64,000 nucleotides of DNA from the human T2T-CHM13v2.0 reference genome, Homo sapiens, in the NCBI RefSeq assembly GCF_009914755.1, contig NC_060936.1; one strand, given 5' to 3'. The notes under the pieces are model-generated. The model saw only the letters and a program-made list of their open reading frames with translations. It searched no databases and had not been told where the DNA came from. The first letter of the stretch is position 1; each line of letters starts with the position of its first letter. Position numbers and translations under genes: made by a program. Positions 62,758 through 64,000 of this stretch are shown here, in pieces.

Positions 62758-64000
62758 TGTGATAGAGATTTAACATCGCTAACTCCATCTTGCTTCTAAC
62801 CTCACCAGTTAACTGCTTTTGTTAACTTTAAAAGACTAATGATAGTAATACCTTCCTGAAACTAACTTCCTTTTTGCTTGTGGACTAAAACCACCTCTGT
62901 AAGACTAATGAAAGTGTTATTGGAAAGGGGTCCTGATCCAGACCCCAAGAGAGCATTCTTGAATCTCATTCAAGAAGGAATTCTGGGTGGATCCACAGTG
63001 CAAAGCAAAAGCAAGTTTATTAAGAAAGTAGAAGGGTGAAAGATTAGCTACTCCATAGATAGAGCAGGGCTTTCTCAAAAGAGGAGGAACGTGCCCACCC
63101 TAGGTACAATGCTTGTTTATATATAGGATAACAAAAAAATATCATAGGGAGATGTGCTCTACTACAAGGGTTTGTGATAAAGGATTAACTTTATAATTAC
63201 TATGTTTTGCAAAAATTGATATTATCTTTAAAGCAAAATTAGGAATGTTTTTGTTCTCAAGATATTGGGGTATCAGGACTTTCCTGGGACTGGGTCTGTT
63301 TAGTAAACATTATTGCTCGGTTCCCTTAACCATAAACATCTAGAGGCTGGGAATGCCTAGTCTCCTGGGAACCCAGCCCAGCAAATCCCAGCCTTATATT
63401 TTCTAGCCCTCATTCAAGATGGAGTATCTCTAGTTGGAATGCCTCTGACAAAAGGCCAAAGGTTAAGATTATGGGAGAAGCCTCAATTCTACTAAGATGT
63501 AGGCATAGTTAAACAATAACCAGCTATTGTTCCCTAGCTTGCTTTTCTATTATTGCCCAAGACTCATGTAGCCGTGGGTACAAGATTAATCATTTCCTTA
63601 ATTGCTTCTATAGATAACATCACTATTTTCAAAACCTAAGACTGATCTTTGAGATATTTTTCAGGCTTTTTCATTTGGGTAAATGAACTGACTCCAGCCA
63701 GACTTGTGACTCATACCAAGGAACTCACTCAACTGGTCCTGTGACCTCACCCAGAAACTGACTCAGCACATGAAGACAGTTTGGATATTCCTATAATTTC
63801 ATCTCCAACCAATCAGCAGCACCTGTCATCTAGCCCCCTGCCCTCCAAATTATCCTTAAAAACCCTAGCCTCCAAGCTCTCAGAGAGGCAGAATTGAAAA
63901 AAATCTCCCATCCTTCCACTCCCCTTGAAATAATTAAACTCCTTCTCTTATATGAAACACTGTCTCAATGAATTGGCTTTATTTGTGCAGGGAACAATAA
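62758..64000 (+). mobile_element. LTR8-family LTR running to the window end, interrupted by MER41
   Basis: 'actccatcttgcttctaacctc', 'aagactaatgaaag|gcca', 'tagataacatcactatt', 'ccaaccaatcagca'. Confidence 0.75.
62915..63450 (-). mobile_element. MER41 (D-like) solo LTR
   Basis: Reverse complement starts tgtcagaggcattccaactagagatactccatcttgaat; TSD AAAG (62911-62914 / 63451-63454). Confidence 0.9.

Noticed and set aside
62915-63450. Interferon-inducible (STAT1 GAS) MER41 enhancer
   Set aside because: I saw no canonical TTCnnnGAA by eye, and the copy looks like a subfamily other than MER41B

Overview
AT-rich, repeat-dense catarrhine primate DNA (probably human or great ape, given AluY, LTR17/HERV-W and HERV9). 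It reads as intergenic or deep intronic. I found no intact cellular gene, RNA gene or CRISPR array; every recognisable ORF is a remnant of L1, Alu, MaLR or ERV. Main content: two full-length dead L1s facing each other (L1PA5-like, + strand, 17297-23421; L1PA7/8-like, - strand, ~38550-46495), a complete MST MaLR, a two-LTR MER57 provirus with nested LTR17, MER4 and Alu, an internally deleted HERV9 inside an L1 5'UTR, several solo LTRs, ten Alus, DNA-transposon MITEs and old L1M/L2/MIR fragments. The oddest structures are (1) a MER67-type provirus at 8129-13900 that splits a MIR with a clean 4-bp TSD but holds a third LTR and an inverted, apparently permuted internal block, (2) a 91-bp near-identical duplication 1.5 kb apart, and (3) several hairpin-plus-duplication micro-insertions. 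I see no evidence for a new biological system. Repeat subfamily names come from recall of consensus sequences, not from a search, and need RepeatMasker/Dfam confirmation.
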